Source of the DNA: Ignavibacteriota bacterium
Lineage (GTDB): Bacteria > Bacteroidota > Ignavibacteria > UBA10030
DNA: 64,000 bases
Assembly (NCBI GenBank): GCA_963701295.1
Contig: OY969585.1
Location: forward strand, 672,001 to 736,000
Reading direction: 5' to 3'
In this document: piece by piece, positions 41,769 to 50,938 of the stretch
How positions within the stretch are numbered: position 1 is the first letter of the stretch
Layout: each line of letters begins with the position of its first letter
Position numbers and translations under genes: made by a program
Notes under the pieces: model-generated
What the model saw: the letters and a program-made list of their open reading frames with translations, nothing else
The model's database searches: none
What the model was told of the DNA's origin: nothing

Positions 41769-42256
41769 TATTGTTCTTCAATCTCAAACCGTGAATGTGA
41801 GAATTCCGCAATTATCGGTTTTACTAAACCCAGATAGTCGTTCATCTTCAGCCGAATTGATTTAGAGTGCGAGCATGCATTAAAGACAATCTCGTCATCA
41901 TTTATCAGTGATTTATCGATGTACACGGGAAGAGCATACAAATTACCAAACGGCGGCATTGCACCCAATTCACAATCCGGAAAGAGAGGCTTGAGATCTT
42001 CCTCTTGTGCAAGGTGTAATTGCTTCGCTTTTATTGCTTTACCCAGCAAATGTTCATCCAGCCGGTGATCAGCAGGCATGACGACCATGCAATATTTGTC
42101 GTCTGTCTGAACGATGAGTGTCTTCGCTAAATCCTTATCCGGCACATGAGATGCAACCGCAGCCTCGTGCGCTGTAAACGCAGGAACGTGTTCTATCACT
42201 TCATAGCGCACACTATTTTTCTTCAGGTAATCAATCATATCGCCAAGCTTCGCCAT
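41768..42256 (-). CDS. YbaK/EbsC (aminoacyl-tRNA editing) family protein
   Basis: AFTA, LAKTLIV, CELGAMPPFG, FNACSH. Confidence 0.9.
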   Translation of the reverse strand: MAKLGDMIDYLKKNSVRYEVIEHVPAFTAHEAAVASHVPDKDLAKTLIVQTDDKYCMVVMPADHRLDEHLLGKAIKAKQLHLAQEEDLKPLFPDCELGAMPPFGNLYALPVYIDKSLINDDEIVFNACSHSKSIRLKMNDYLGLVKPIIAEFSHSRFEIEEQ

Positions 42257-42323
42257 ATGTCACCTCCATAAAACGATGAATGTGCATCAGAAACGTTTAA
42301 GGATACCTTTGCGGTTGAATCGC

Positions 42324-42345
42324 CGGCAACATATGTGTGTTGCCG
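42324..42345. other. Intercistronic stem-loop (possible mRNA stabiliser or attenuator)
   Basis: CGGCAACA-N6-TGTTGCCG; no U-tract in the operon's direction. Confidence 0.4.
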
Positions 42346-42399
42346 AGAAAAAGAGATGTCCCTTGAAAGAATATTGAAGTGTGTTGTATTTCAGATGTA

Positions 42400-43689
42400 T
42401 CATTCATGTGCGATCTCAATCTTCAGAAAATGCGTTGCGCATGAGATACATGGATCATAATTCCGGATCGCCTGCTCGCACTGCCAAGTGAGTTTTTCCT
42501 GCGAGAGATTCATGCGTGATGGAATATACTCGCGCAAATCCTGCTCTATTGTTTTCTGGTTCTGTGATGTCGGTGGAACGATCTTCACATCAAGAATGAT
42601 GCCTCGCTCATCTAATCGATAACGATGATAGAGAATACCGCGTGGTGCTTCAGTGCATCCATAACCAGTACCGAGCTTTGGTTCGATATCCACCACAGCC
42701 TTCTCCGGTATTTTATATTCTTTGATAATACGAAGCGCTTCTTCACATGCATAGAGCATTTCAACCGCCCGTACAATAATACTCTTGAAGGGGTTATTCG
42801 TTCCCTTTGCGATACCTGCTGACTTGGCTGCATCCTGAGCTGTAGGAGTCAGTTTATCAAAATTCAAATTGTAACGCGCGAGTGGTCCCACAAAGTATGC
42901 GCCTCGCTCTTTTAAAATCGAATGAAGTGCATTGGAATGAGAGACATGTTCTTCCATAAAATGGTTTTCATACTCGTGGATACCGATATTCAATCCTTTG
43001 TTGGAAACAAGCCGTCCTTCGTTAAATGGATATTCTCGGTCATGACGAAGAGCAACATATTCATATGAACGTTCAAATTCAGGAAACGGCAATTTTGCTG
43101 TAAACTTCACTGTCTGGATGGAAGCATCAACCGCCCACTTCAATCGCTCAACTAATGTTTCAAGTTCCTGTTTCGTCGGCAGTTTATAGAAACCGCCAAC
43201 ACGAACATTAATTGGGTGAATTTCTCTTCCACCTACAAGAGTAACAATATCATTTCCAACCTTTTTAAGTTTCAGTGCCATCTGGACGACGGGGCCATGA
43301 TCTTTTGCCATTTGGATCGCATCAGCATAGCCAAGGAAATCAGGGGCATGCAACATAAAGACATGCAATGCATGACTTTCGATCCACTCTCCGCAGTATA
43401 GCAACCGACGGAGTGCGCGAAGCTGCCCATCCACCGTAACACCGAGGGCGTACTCCATCGCGTGAACGGAACTCATTTGATACGCTACCGGACAAATGCC
43501 ACAAATGCGCGCGGTAATATCCGGTGCTTCGCTGTACAATCTACCACGCAGGAATGCTTCGAAGAATCGTGGTGGTTCAAAGATGTTGAATTTCACATCG
43601 GTGACTTTCTTGCCGCTGACTTTCACAAGCAATCCACCTTCACCTTCAACACGGGCAAGGTAATCAACTTTCAGTGTTTTACTTTTCAT
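42400..43689 (-). CDS. hyhL: [NiFe]-hydrogenase large (alpha) subunit, group 3b
   Basis: [43 protein letters not shown]; start moved to MKSKTL. Confidence 0.92.
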   Translation of the reverse strand: MKSKTLKVDYLARVEGEGGLLVKVSGKKVTDVKFNIFEPPRFFEAFLRGRLYSEAPDITARICGICPVAYQMSSVHAMEYALGVTVDGQLRALRRLLYCGEWIESHALHVFMLHAPDFLGYADAIQMAKDHGPVVQMALKLKKVGNDIVTLVGGREIHPINVRVGGFYKLPTKQELETLVERLKWAVDASIQTVKFTAKLPFPEFERSYEYVALRHDREYPFNEGRLVSNKGLNIGIHEYENHFMEEHVSHSNALHSILKERGAYFVGPLARYNLNFDKLTPTAQDAAKSAGIAKGTNNPFKSIIVRAVEMLYACEEALRIIKEYKIPEKAVVDIEPKLGTGYGCTEAPRGILYHRYRLDERGIILDVKIVPPTSQNQKTIEQDLREYIPSRMNLSQEKLTWQCEQAIRNYDPCISCATHFLKIEIAHE

Positions 43690-44497
43690 GTGCTTCACTC
43701 TCTTTTCGAAAAGCTTCAGCATAAGCATTGAATCCACGGAACAAACGTACCAAATCGTCGTCCTTCACTCCTAGTGTTTTCCAGTATGTACTGAGAGCTG
43801 AAGTGTTCGGTGTTTCTTTCGGACCGAAACAACCGAAGCAACCACGATGGTATGATGGGCATAATGCGTCACAACCCGCTTGCGTCACCGGACCAAGACA
43901 TATCGGACCGTGCGTCACAAGGCCACACGTAATACCGCGTCGTTTACATTCAACACAAACTGCATACGCGGGTGTATTTGGTTTTCGAACGTTGAGATAT
44001 GCATTGATGACTTCAACTAATTGATGCTTGCTGATTGGACAGCCACGTAATTCAAAATCGACAAATACGTGATCTGCTATCGGTGTAGATTTATTCAGCG
44101 TCTCAATGAACTTAGGATTGGCATAGACTGCTGCGATAAATTGCTTCACATCTTTGAAATTACGGAGTGCCTGAATACCGCCGGCGGTTGCACATGCACC
44201 AATAGTAATGAGAACTTTCGATTGGCGCCGCACCTGATGGATACGTTCAGCATCGTGCGGTGTTGTAATGGAACCTTCAACCAACGAGATATCGTATGGA
44301 CCTTTCGTAACCATACGAGATGCTTCCGGAAAGTTTGCAATGTCAACATGCTCAGCAACAGCTAACAGTTCGTCCTCACAGTCGAGCAAACTCAATTGAC
44401 AGCCGTCGCAGGATGAAAATTTCCAGACGGCAAGTTTTGGTTTCCGAGCTTTTTTCTGTGTCGGCGCTTTCACGGCTGTTGTGTTCTTTTTTGACAT
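43679..44497 (-). CDS. hyhS: Group 3b hydrogenase small (delta) subunit
   Basis: [33 protein letters not shown]...GCFGC. Confidence 0.92.
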   Translation of the reverse strand: MSKKNTTAVKAPTQKKARKPKLAVWKFSSCDGCQLSLLDCEDELLAVAEHVDIANFPEASRMVTKGPYDISLVEGSITTPHDAERIHQVRRQSKVLITIGACATAGGIQALRNFKDVKQFIAAVYANPKFIETLNKSTPIADHVFVDFELRGCPISKHQLVEVINAYLNVRKPNTPAYAVCVECKRRGITCGLVTHGPICLGPVTQAGCDALCPSYHRGCFGCFGPKETPNTSALSTYWKTLGVKDDDLVRLFRGFNAYAEAFRKESEAHEK

Positions 44498-44585
44498 CTA
44501 AGTATTCTTTCTTCTGCTGAGAAAGTTATATCTCCAACTTTCGCTTATGTTGTAACTATCAGCACTATTGTTGTCTCTCAGTGGA

Positions 44586-45455
44586 CTAAATTTCCCACTT
44601 TACCAGCATATCTTTAATTTGACTGTATCGGAACACTGGGCCATCTTTACAGACGAAGACCGAACCAAATTGGCAATGTCCACACAAGCCAATGGCACAT
44701 TTCATATTGCGTTCCATCGAAACAAAAATATGATCATTATCAACACCGCGTTTGTGCAGTTCCATTGTTGTAAACCGCATCATTATTTCTGGACCACAAA
44801 CAAATGCCATGGTGTTGCGCGGGTCAAAAGGAGCTCGAGAAATGAGATTCGTAACGACACCCACATTTCCGCGCCAGCCGCTCATAGCACGATCAACCGT
44901 GACATAAATTTCAAGATCGAATCGCGCACGCCAATTTTCAAGTTCCTGTCGGAAGAGAACATCTGAAGGAGTTCGTGTCCCGTATAAGAGCACGACTTTT
45001 CCATACCGCTCACGCTGCGCTACAACTTCATAAAGCGCCGGCCGAAGAGGGGCAAGCCCAATACCGCCAGCCACGAATACAACATCCTGTCCGTTCGCGT
45101 GGTCTATCGGCCATGGTGTTCCGTACGGTCCACGAATGCCGAGAATATCCCCGCGGCGCATTTTATCCATCGCTTTCGTTACGGAGCCGACGGCACGTGT
45201 TGTATGTACGAGTGTACGCGGATTTGCCGGATCACCACTGATAGAAATTGGAATTTCTCCGACACCAAACACATAGATCATATTAAATTGTCCAGGCAAA
45301 AAAGTGAACTCTTCTAAATCGCCCAGCGGCTGTAATTCAACAGTGAAGGTGTCTTCCGTTTCGTGCCTCACACGCCGAATTTGAAATGGCCACGGAAGCA
45401 TCGGATTCCGTTTATAATCAACTTTCAGAGATTGTAAGTCAGGAGCGGTCGCCAT
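44586..45455 (-). CDS. hyhG: Group 3b hydrogenase gamma subunit (FAD/NAD(P)-binding, 2Fe-2S)
   Basis: [38 protein letters not shown]...C.DGPVF. Confidence 0.92.
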   Translation of the reverse strand: MATAPDLQSLKVDYKRNPMLPWPFQIRRVRHETEDTFTVELQPLGDLEEFTFLPGQFNMIYVFGVGEIPISISGDPANPRTLVHTTRAVGSVTKAMDKMRRGDILGIRGPYGTPWPIDHANGQDVVFVAGGIGLAPLRPALYEVVAQRERYGKVVLLYGTRTPSDVLFRQELENWRARFDLEIYVTVDRAMSGWRGNVGVVTNLISRAPFDPRNTMAFVCGPEIMMRFTTMELHKRGVDNDHIFVSMERNMKCAIGLCGHCQFGSVFVCKDGPVFRYSQIKDMLVKWEI

Positions 45456-45900
45456 AGATATCCAATAGTTGTAAACGTGTGGACTCCAATCGTTTCACCA
45501 TAATGTCGGCAAAACGCTTCAGCAATTCGTACCCCAGATGGTGATCGTTCTCACACTTATTACGCAAGCATTTCCCATCAAGGGCGATCATACGAGTAAG
45601 CTCCAACGCCTTTGCATCAAAGTGCCAAGTATAAGGCGGTACAAGCCATGACCAGCCAAGGATGTCTCCTTCGTCCAATGTTTCAATAATAACAGGCCCT
45701 TTATTGGGTGTCATCAATTGGAGTGTCACTTTTCCAGAACGAATGAGGTAGAAGTGGTTCGCTTCTTCACCTTCTCGAAGAATCATTTTGCCGGCATCGA
45801 TGCGTACATTCGATGCACATCCGACTATAAGCGCAAAATGTTCTTCATCGAGTCCTTTAAAGAATGGATGTTCTGCAAGGATATTTTTAAGGTCTTCCAT
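45439..45900 (-). CDS. Stand-alone cyclic-nucleotide-binding (Crp N-terminal-like) domain protein
   Basis: [24 protein letters not shown]; no HTH; overlaps the gamma-subunit start. Confidence 0.88.
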   Translation of the reverse strand: MEDLKNILAEHPFFKGLDEEHFALIVGCASNVRIDAGKMILREGEEANHFYLIRSGKVTLQLMTPNKGPVIIETLDEGDILGWSWLVPPYTWHFDAKALELTRMIALDGKCLRNKCENDHHLGYELLKRFADIMVKRLESTRLQLLDIYGDRS

Positions 45901-45930
45901 AGGTTTTCTCCTTTATTGGCGTTGACCTTC

Positions 45931-47058
45931 TCATGGCTGATTTTCACGAATTGCACGCGCTTCTTCTGTAATATCAATACCAACCGGGCACCACGTTATG
46001 CATCGTCCGCATCCAACACAACCAAACGTACCGAATTGATCCACCCACGAAGCAAGTTTATGTGTCATCCATTGCCGGTAGCGGGCTTTTGCAGATGTTC
46101 GGACACTTCCACCATGAATATACGAGAAGTCGAGTGTAAAACAGGAATCCCACTTACGTATACGATCTGCTTGCTTACCCGCAAGATCGGTTACATCTTC
46201 CACTGTGGCACAGAAACACGTTGGACAGACCATCGTGCAATTGGTGCATGTGAGACAAAGCGATGCAGTTCGTTCCCAGCGTGGATGTTCAGAATTTTGA
46301 TAGAGAATATTTTTCAGATTCGTGGTATCAAGTGAGCGACTCATCTGCTTTACAGTTTTCTCGGTGATGTTCTTGGCTGTCGCAAGGTCTTGCTCTGTAG
46401 CTTTTGTGCATTTAACATTTTTAAGGATATCTTCTCCTAATTCTGTTCCAGCTTCCACGACAAAGTAATGATGTTTTTCGTTCAAAATTTCTGTCAGTGC
46501 GAGATCGAATCCGGTTGCTGCTTTTGGACCGGTATTCATCGATTCGCAAAAACATGTTCCACCTGCTTGACTGCAATTTATCGCGACAATGAATACACCT
46601 GTACGTTTTCGTTGATAGAGAGGATCAATAAAGTGGCCGCCAAGAAACACTTTGTCCTGAATAGCAATCGCGTTTAATTCGCACGAACGGACTCCAAAGA
46701 AGGCATACTTCATCGGCTGAGATTCTTGCAGCACCTGTTTCTTTGAATTCGGAAAATCAAGCCCTTTTGTGCTTCTATGCGTAGCAAATATTTTTTGGAT
46801 AGGCGGGAAAAGAAATTTCTTCCATGATTGTGGACCAACAGTCCAAGCAAATACGGCGGCATCGTCTCTTCGTTTTAAATGGTATGTACTATTAGTTTGT
46901 TCATCTGTCCAACCAATAGGAAGGTCATTGGCATCGGTGAGTTCGTCATAAATAATTGCGCTATCGCGCACAGTAGGCCCGATGACTTTGAAGCCTCGGC
47001 GTTTGAGAGTTTCAATGAGAGTATCAAGTTCGGCGCGTTCAAATATGAAAATTTTCAC
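45931..47058 (-). CDS. hyhB: Group 3b hydrogenase beta subunit (4Fe-4S dicluster, AsrA-like)
   Basis: GVRSCEL, CFC, CLTCTNCTMVCPTCFC, WDSC, CVGCGRCITWCP. Confidence 0.92.
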   Translation of the reverse strand: MKIFIFERAELDTLIETLKRRGFKVIGPTVRDSAIIYDELTDANDLPIGWTDEQTNSTYHLKRRDDAAVFAWTVGPQSWKKFLFPPIQKIFATHRSTKGLDFPNSKKQVLQESQPMKYAFFGVRSCELNAIAIQDKVFLGGHFIDPLYQRKRTGVFIVAINCSQAGGTCFCESMNTGPKAATGFDLALTEILNEKHHYFVVEAGTELGEDILKNVKCTKATEQDLATAKNITEKTVKQMSRSLDTTNLKNILYQNSEHPRWERTASLCLTCTNCTMVCPTCFCATVEDVTDLAGKQADRIRKWDSCFTLDFSYIHGGSVRTSAKARYRQWMTHKLASWVDQFGTFGCVGCGRCITWCPVGIDITEEARAIRENQP

Positions 47059-47100
47059 AGGATACCTACAAGATTGCTGTGTGATGCTACAATATGAATT

Positions 47101-47130
47101 ATTATATCTACCACAAGTTCAATTCTGCAA
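47101..47130 (-). promoter_or_regulatory. Candidate sigma70 promoter of the hydrogenase operon
   Basis: TTGCAG, 18 bp, TATAAT on the minus strand about 45 bp upstream of the beta subunit. Confidence 0.4.
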
Positions 47131-47162
47131 GCACTCAATTGCTATGCTGTCTTCTAATGATG

Positions 47163-47585
47163 CTATTTCAATAAGTCTTCAATCGCTTGTGTAATAAGTT
47201 CACCATCAACCGGTTTATAAAAGACAATATCGGCGAGATCGTCAATAGACTTATTTATCTCCGGTGTAAGGGACATATAAGCCCGCAGTGCAATGATGGG
47301 AACCGTGACTGCTGTTCGGCGTACAATATCGAGTTGTTTAACGATGTCGATTGAAAATGTAAAGAGATCTATCAGAACAAGATCCGGTGAAATTTCTTTG
47401 ATCGCTTGTTCAAACTGTTCCAACCGGTGTTCACGAATAATCTGGAATCTATCCTCAAGGTTCATTAGGAGAAACCGTGCAAGGTCTGCATCTGGACTGA
47501 AAACAAGCACACGCTTCTTGATCATCGTGGCACACCTCGACAGCTGCTGCCTCTCATTCAAAACAGGTTCGATATGGTTAGACAT
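47163..47585 (-). CDS. Atypical single-domain receiver-like protein
   Basis: RVLVFSPD (acidic pocket degenerate), PDLVLID, VPIIAL, FYKP. Confidence 0.7.
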   Translation of the reverse strand: MSNHIEPVLNERQQLSRCATMIKKRVLVFSPDADLARFLLMNLEDRFQIIREHRLEQFEQAIKEISPDLVLIDLFTFSIDIVKQLDIVRRTAVTVPIIALRAYMSLTPEINKSIDDLADIVFYKPVDGELITQAIEDLLK

Positions 47586-47621
47586 AAGTACTCTTTTACT
47601 TGGGATTTACACCGACCAGAA

Positions 47622-47810
47622 TTAGATCAGAAATTCTGTGCCTTCAAATTCCGATCCATAGATATCCGCAGGAAACTCATCGTAATTTTTTTCATTGTTG
47701 TTATCGACAAGACGGGGATACTTTTCCTTGCTCTCCGTAAAGTGTTTCATAACAAGCACGCCACTTGCTATCACGGCAATAGTTCCTACAATCCACCAAT
47801 GCAACTTCAT
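47622..47810 (-). CDS. Small membrane-anchored hypothetical protein (62 aa)
   Basis: GGAGA RBS, N-terminal TM, acidic tail, upstream sigma54-like site. Confidence 0.6.
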   Translation of the reverse strand: MKLHWWIVGTIAVIASGVLVMKHFTESKEKYPRLVDNNNEKNYDEFPADIYGSEFEGTEFLI

Positions 47811-47846
47811 GTGAGTCTCTCCATAAAGATGAATGACCGTTTTTCC

Positions 47847-47862
47847 TCAAGGAATGTGCCAA
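47847..47862 (-). promoter_or_regulatory. Sigma54 (-24/-12) promoter candidate
   Basis: TTGGCAC-ATTCC-TTGA on the minus strand, just downstream of an NtrC-family activator gene. Confidence 0.6.
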
Positions 47863-48048
47863 TACTAATGTGGCGTACACCTCCAATTTATGAATGAATC
47901 TGCGTGACTTGTACTTTCCAACATGCGTGGTTTGCTGGTTTTGGGAAACTACCTCCAGAAGGTTTCCTACAAATTAGAAGAGATCGTGCCTGATGAACCC
48001 AACTCTTCTGACCTTAAAAGACTCAAGGATGCAATCTAAGAATATCGT

Positions 48049-49410
48049 TTAATGGGTAGGTATCTGTAGCTCTTCAATTTTGCGATAAAGCGAAGAAAGA
48101 CTGACACCCAAAACTTTGGCTGCCACTTCTTTGTTTTGTCCATATGCCGCAAGCGTTTGTTGAATGAATTGTCGTTCGAAGCTTTTTACTGCGTCTTTCA
48201 ATGACCCGTGACCGGAAGAAATGTTAGAAATATCTTCCGCAGGCCTCATGTATTCTGGAAGATGGTCAATCCCGATAAAATCCTCATCGCAAAAGATGAC
48301 GGAGCGTTCGATGACGTTTTCCAACTCCCGTACCTCGCCTTTCCATTGATATTGGAGTAAGGCACGCATCGCTTCGTTTGCAAAACCTTGAATCGGTTTG
48401 CTCATTTGTTTTTTGAATGCTTCAAGAAAATGCTGCGCAAGAATAGGAATATCTTCTGGCCGTTCTTTAAGCGATGGTAAATCAATTTCGACGACATTCA
48501 AACGATAATATAAGTCGTCGCGGAACTTACCGTTTTCCACTTCTTTGCGTAAATCTCGATTCGTTGCGGCAATGATGCGCACATCAATGTTGATCGGATC
48601 TGTCATACCGACGGGTGTAATTTCCTTTTGCTCGAGGGCGCGCAGGAGCTTCACCTGAAGTTGAATTGGAATCTCACTCACTTCATCAAGAAACACGGTC
48701 CCGCCATCGGCAACTTTCAATAAACCTTCTTTGTCCATGGTCGCGCCGGTGAAGGATCCCCTTTTGTGTCCGAAGAGTTCGCTTTCAAATAACGTATCAA
48801 CGATTGCACCGCAGTTGATTGGTACGAAGCGTTTTTCGCGCCGCGGACTATTATAGTGAATAGCCCGCGCAACAAGCTCTTTTCCAGTACCACTCTTGCC
48901 TGTGATCAATACAGTGCCTTCACTGCGAGCAACTCGCTTAATAACCTCGAACACTTTTTTCATCGGCATACTCTGTCCGATAATTTGTTCGAAGTCATAT
49001 GTGCGCTGAAGTTCTTGACGCAGCAATGAATTCTCAATAACCAGCGCATGATAGTCACACAGTTTTTTTACACGATACAATAGATCATCAAAGTTAATCG
49101 GTTTCAGAATATAATCTGCAGCACCTTCACGCAACGCTTGCACTGCCGTTTCAACAGACCCAAATGCCGTGATAATGACAACCAATGCCTGCGGTGTCCG
49201 CTGGCGAATCTGCTTGAGCAAATCAACACCTTTCATCTCAGGCATTTCGATATCTGTGATAATGATATCAAATGCGTTCGATTCGTGTTTCGCTAATGCA
49301 TCCTTACCATTACCTGTTTCTTCAACGCTATACCCTTCCTTCTTCAAAATAAAGGAGAGGGATTCACGGATTATTTGTTCGTCATCAACAACTAAAATAC
49401 GCTGCGCCAT
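48049..49410 (-). CDS. Sigma54-dependent response regulator (NtrC family)
   Basis: Receiver; GKSGTGKE, ESELFGH, GSFTGA, FLDE, AATNRDL, FR.DLYYRL; Fis-type HTH. Confidence 0.96.
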   Translation of the reverse strand: MAQRILVVDDEQIIRESLSFILKKEGYSVEETGNGKDALAKHESNAFDIIITDIEMPEMKGVDLLKQIRQRTPQALVVIITAFGSVETAVQALREGAADYILKPINFDDLLYRVKKLCDYHALVIENSLLRQELQRTYDFEQIIGQSMPMKKVFEVIKRVARSEGTVLITGKSGTGKELVARAIHYNSPRREKRFVPINCGAIVDTLFESELFGHKRGSFTGATMDKEGLLKVADGGTVFLDEVSEIPIQLQVKLLRALEQKEITPVGMTDPINIDVRIIAATNRDLRKEVENGKFRDDLYYRLNVVEIDLPSLKERPEDIPILAQHFLEAFKKQMSKPIQGFANEAMRALLQYQWKGEVRELENVIERSVIFCDEDFIGIDHLPEYMRPAEDISNISSGHGSLKDAVKSFERQFIQQTLAAYGQNKEVAAKVLGVSLSSLYRKIEELQIPTH

Positions 49411-50825
49411 TATGCACCTTTCAATGGAAAAGATACAGTGAATACACTTCCCTGTTCTGGGATGCTTTCAACAAAGACATCACCGCCAAAACTCTTGACA
49501 ATGCCGTAACTTACCCACAACCCCAGCCCTGTGCCTTGACCTGTGGTCTTTGTGGTATAAAACGGTTCAAAGATTTTTTCTAACGCTAAAGGTTCAATTC
49601 CTTTTCCGGTGTCCCGTACTATCACTTCGACTTCGTGGTCATTCTTTCGACTATGCACAGTGATCGTACCATGGCGGCCATCCAATGAATCAACTGCATT
49701 CATCAGGATGTTGATGAAGACTTGAACGATTTGATCCGGCACGGCAGCAATTTCCGGAAGCTGTTCATCAAGCTCGAGTGTAAATGTGATGTCCTTCACT
49801 TTCTTTCCATATTGAACAATGTTCAGTGCTTCTTTGACAATGCGGTTGATATTGGTCGGTTTTACCACATGCGTGGATGGACGAGAGAAATCCACAAGCT
49901 CTCGAATGATGCGGGTGATACGATTCACCTGACTATTGATGAGTTCCAATTTCTCTTTGGCAAATCCATCACTACTTGTTCGTTGAATAACCTGCACAAG
50001 CGACGAGATGGCGGTCAATGGATTGCCAACTTCATGGGCAATACCAGCCGCAAGTGTGCCGATACTTTCCATTCGCTGCGATCGAACAAGCTGCTGCTCA
50101 AGAATGATTTGCTCTGTGATATCCCGATGAGCCCCCAGGTAACCTGCAATTGCGCCATGTGAATCAACGATGGGGGAAATTACTAATTCTGTAAAGAAAG
50201 GGTTGCCATCCTTTCGCCGATTTTCGACTCTTCCTACCCAAACTTTTCCGGAGATGATGTGTCTCCACACTTCAGACCAGAACTCTTTACTATGCTTTCC
50301 GCTGCGAAGAATTTTCGGATTCTTTCCAATTAACTCCGCGCTGGAATAGCCGCTCACTTTTTCAAATCCCGGATTGACATACACCATCATTCCGTCAGCG
50401 TCAGTAATTTGAATTGGGTTGATGGTGTTATGAATGACGTTGGAGAAACGAAGAAGGTCAAGCTCCTTTCGCTTTTCTTCCGTGACATCACGAATGAAAA
50501 GAATCCAATATTTTTCCTGACCCATTCGCAACAGACGCACCAGACCCATCACATCGATGGTCGATCCATCCCGCTTGCAAAATTTTGTTTCAAAATTCAA
50601 CTGGTCAGAAAATGGAAGTACTCTTCTGAAGATAATCCGCTCATCTTCGGGGATGATGTCGAAGATATACTTCGGACGAGAGGGTTGGGCAACGACTCCA
50701 AGTTCGTCTGCTGCAGTTTTATTGGTGTCAAGAATCCTGTTTTCATCATCCAGGATTAGTACCATCTCCGGCAACAGATCAACAACGCGCCCATATTGCG
50801 AAAATAGGAACGACAGCTCGGGCAT
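49410..50825 (-). CDS. Cytoplasmic PAS-PAS sensor histidine kinase
   Basis: Two PAS domains (second NifL-like, GKNPKILRSG); AHEVGNPL; PFYTTK..GTGLGL. Confidence 0.95.
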   Translation of the reverse strand: MPELSFLFSQYGRVVDLLPEMVLILDDENRILDTNKTAADELGVVAQPSRPKYIFDIIPEDERIIFRRVLPFSDQLNFETKFCKRDGSTIDVMGLVRLLRMGQEKYWILFIRDVTEEKRKELDLLRFSNVIHNTINPIQITDADGMMVYVNPGFEKVSGYSSAELIGKNPKILRSGKHSKEFWSEVWRHIISGKVWVGRVENRRKDGNPFFTELVISPIVDSHGAIAGYLGAHRDITEQIILEQQLVRSQRMESIGTLAAGIAHEVGNPLTAISSLVQVIQRTSSDGFAKEKLELINSQVNRITRIIRELVDFSRPSTHVVKPTNINRIVKEALNIVQYGKKVKDITFTLELDEQLPEIAAVPDQIVQVFINILMNAVDSLDGRHGTITVHSRKNDHEVEVIVRDTGKGIEPLALEKIFEPFYTTKTTGQGTGLGLWVSYGIVKSFGGDVFVESIPEQGSVFTVSFPLKGA

Positions 50826-50870
50826 AATGACACTTTAAGGTACGTCAAGGTTCGGAGATTGGCAAGATGC
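50699..50870. repeat. Copy 1 of a ~172-bp direct repeat (kinase 5' end and promoter region)
   Basis: Aligns with 53225-53397 with scattered substitutions; contains TTGCCA-17 bp-TACCTT on the minus strand. Confidence 0.9.
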
Positions 50871-50938
50871 AGGAACATTAAAAAAGCTTACATCATATCC
50901 GCAAGCGATGAATTTGCTTCTTGATAGAATTTGACCTT

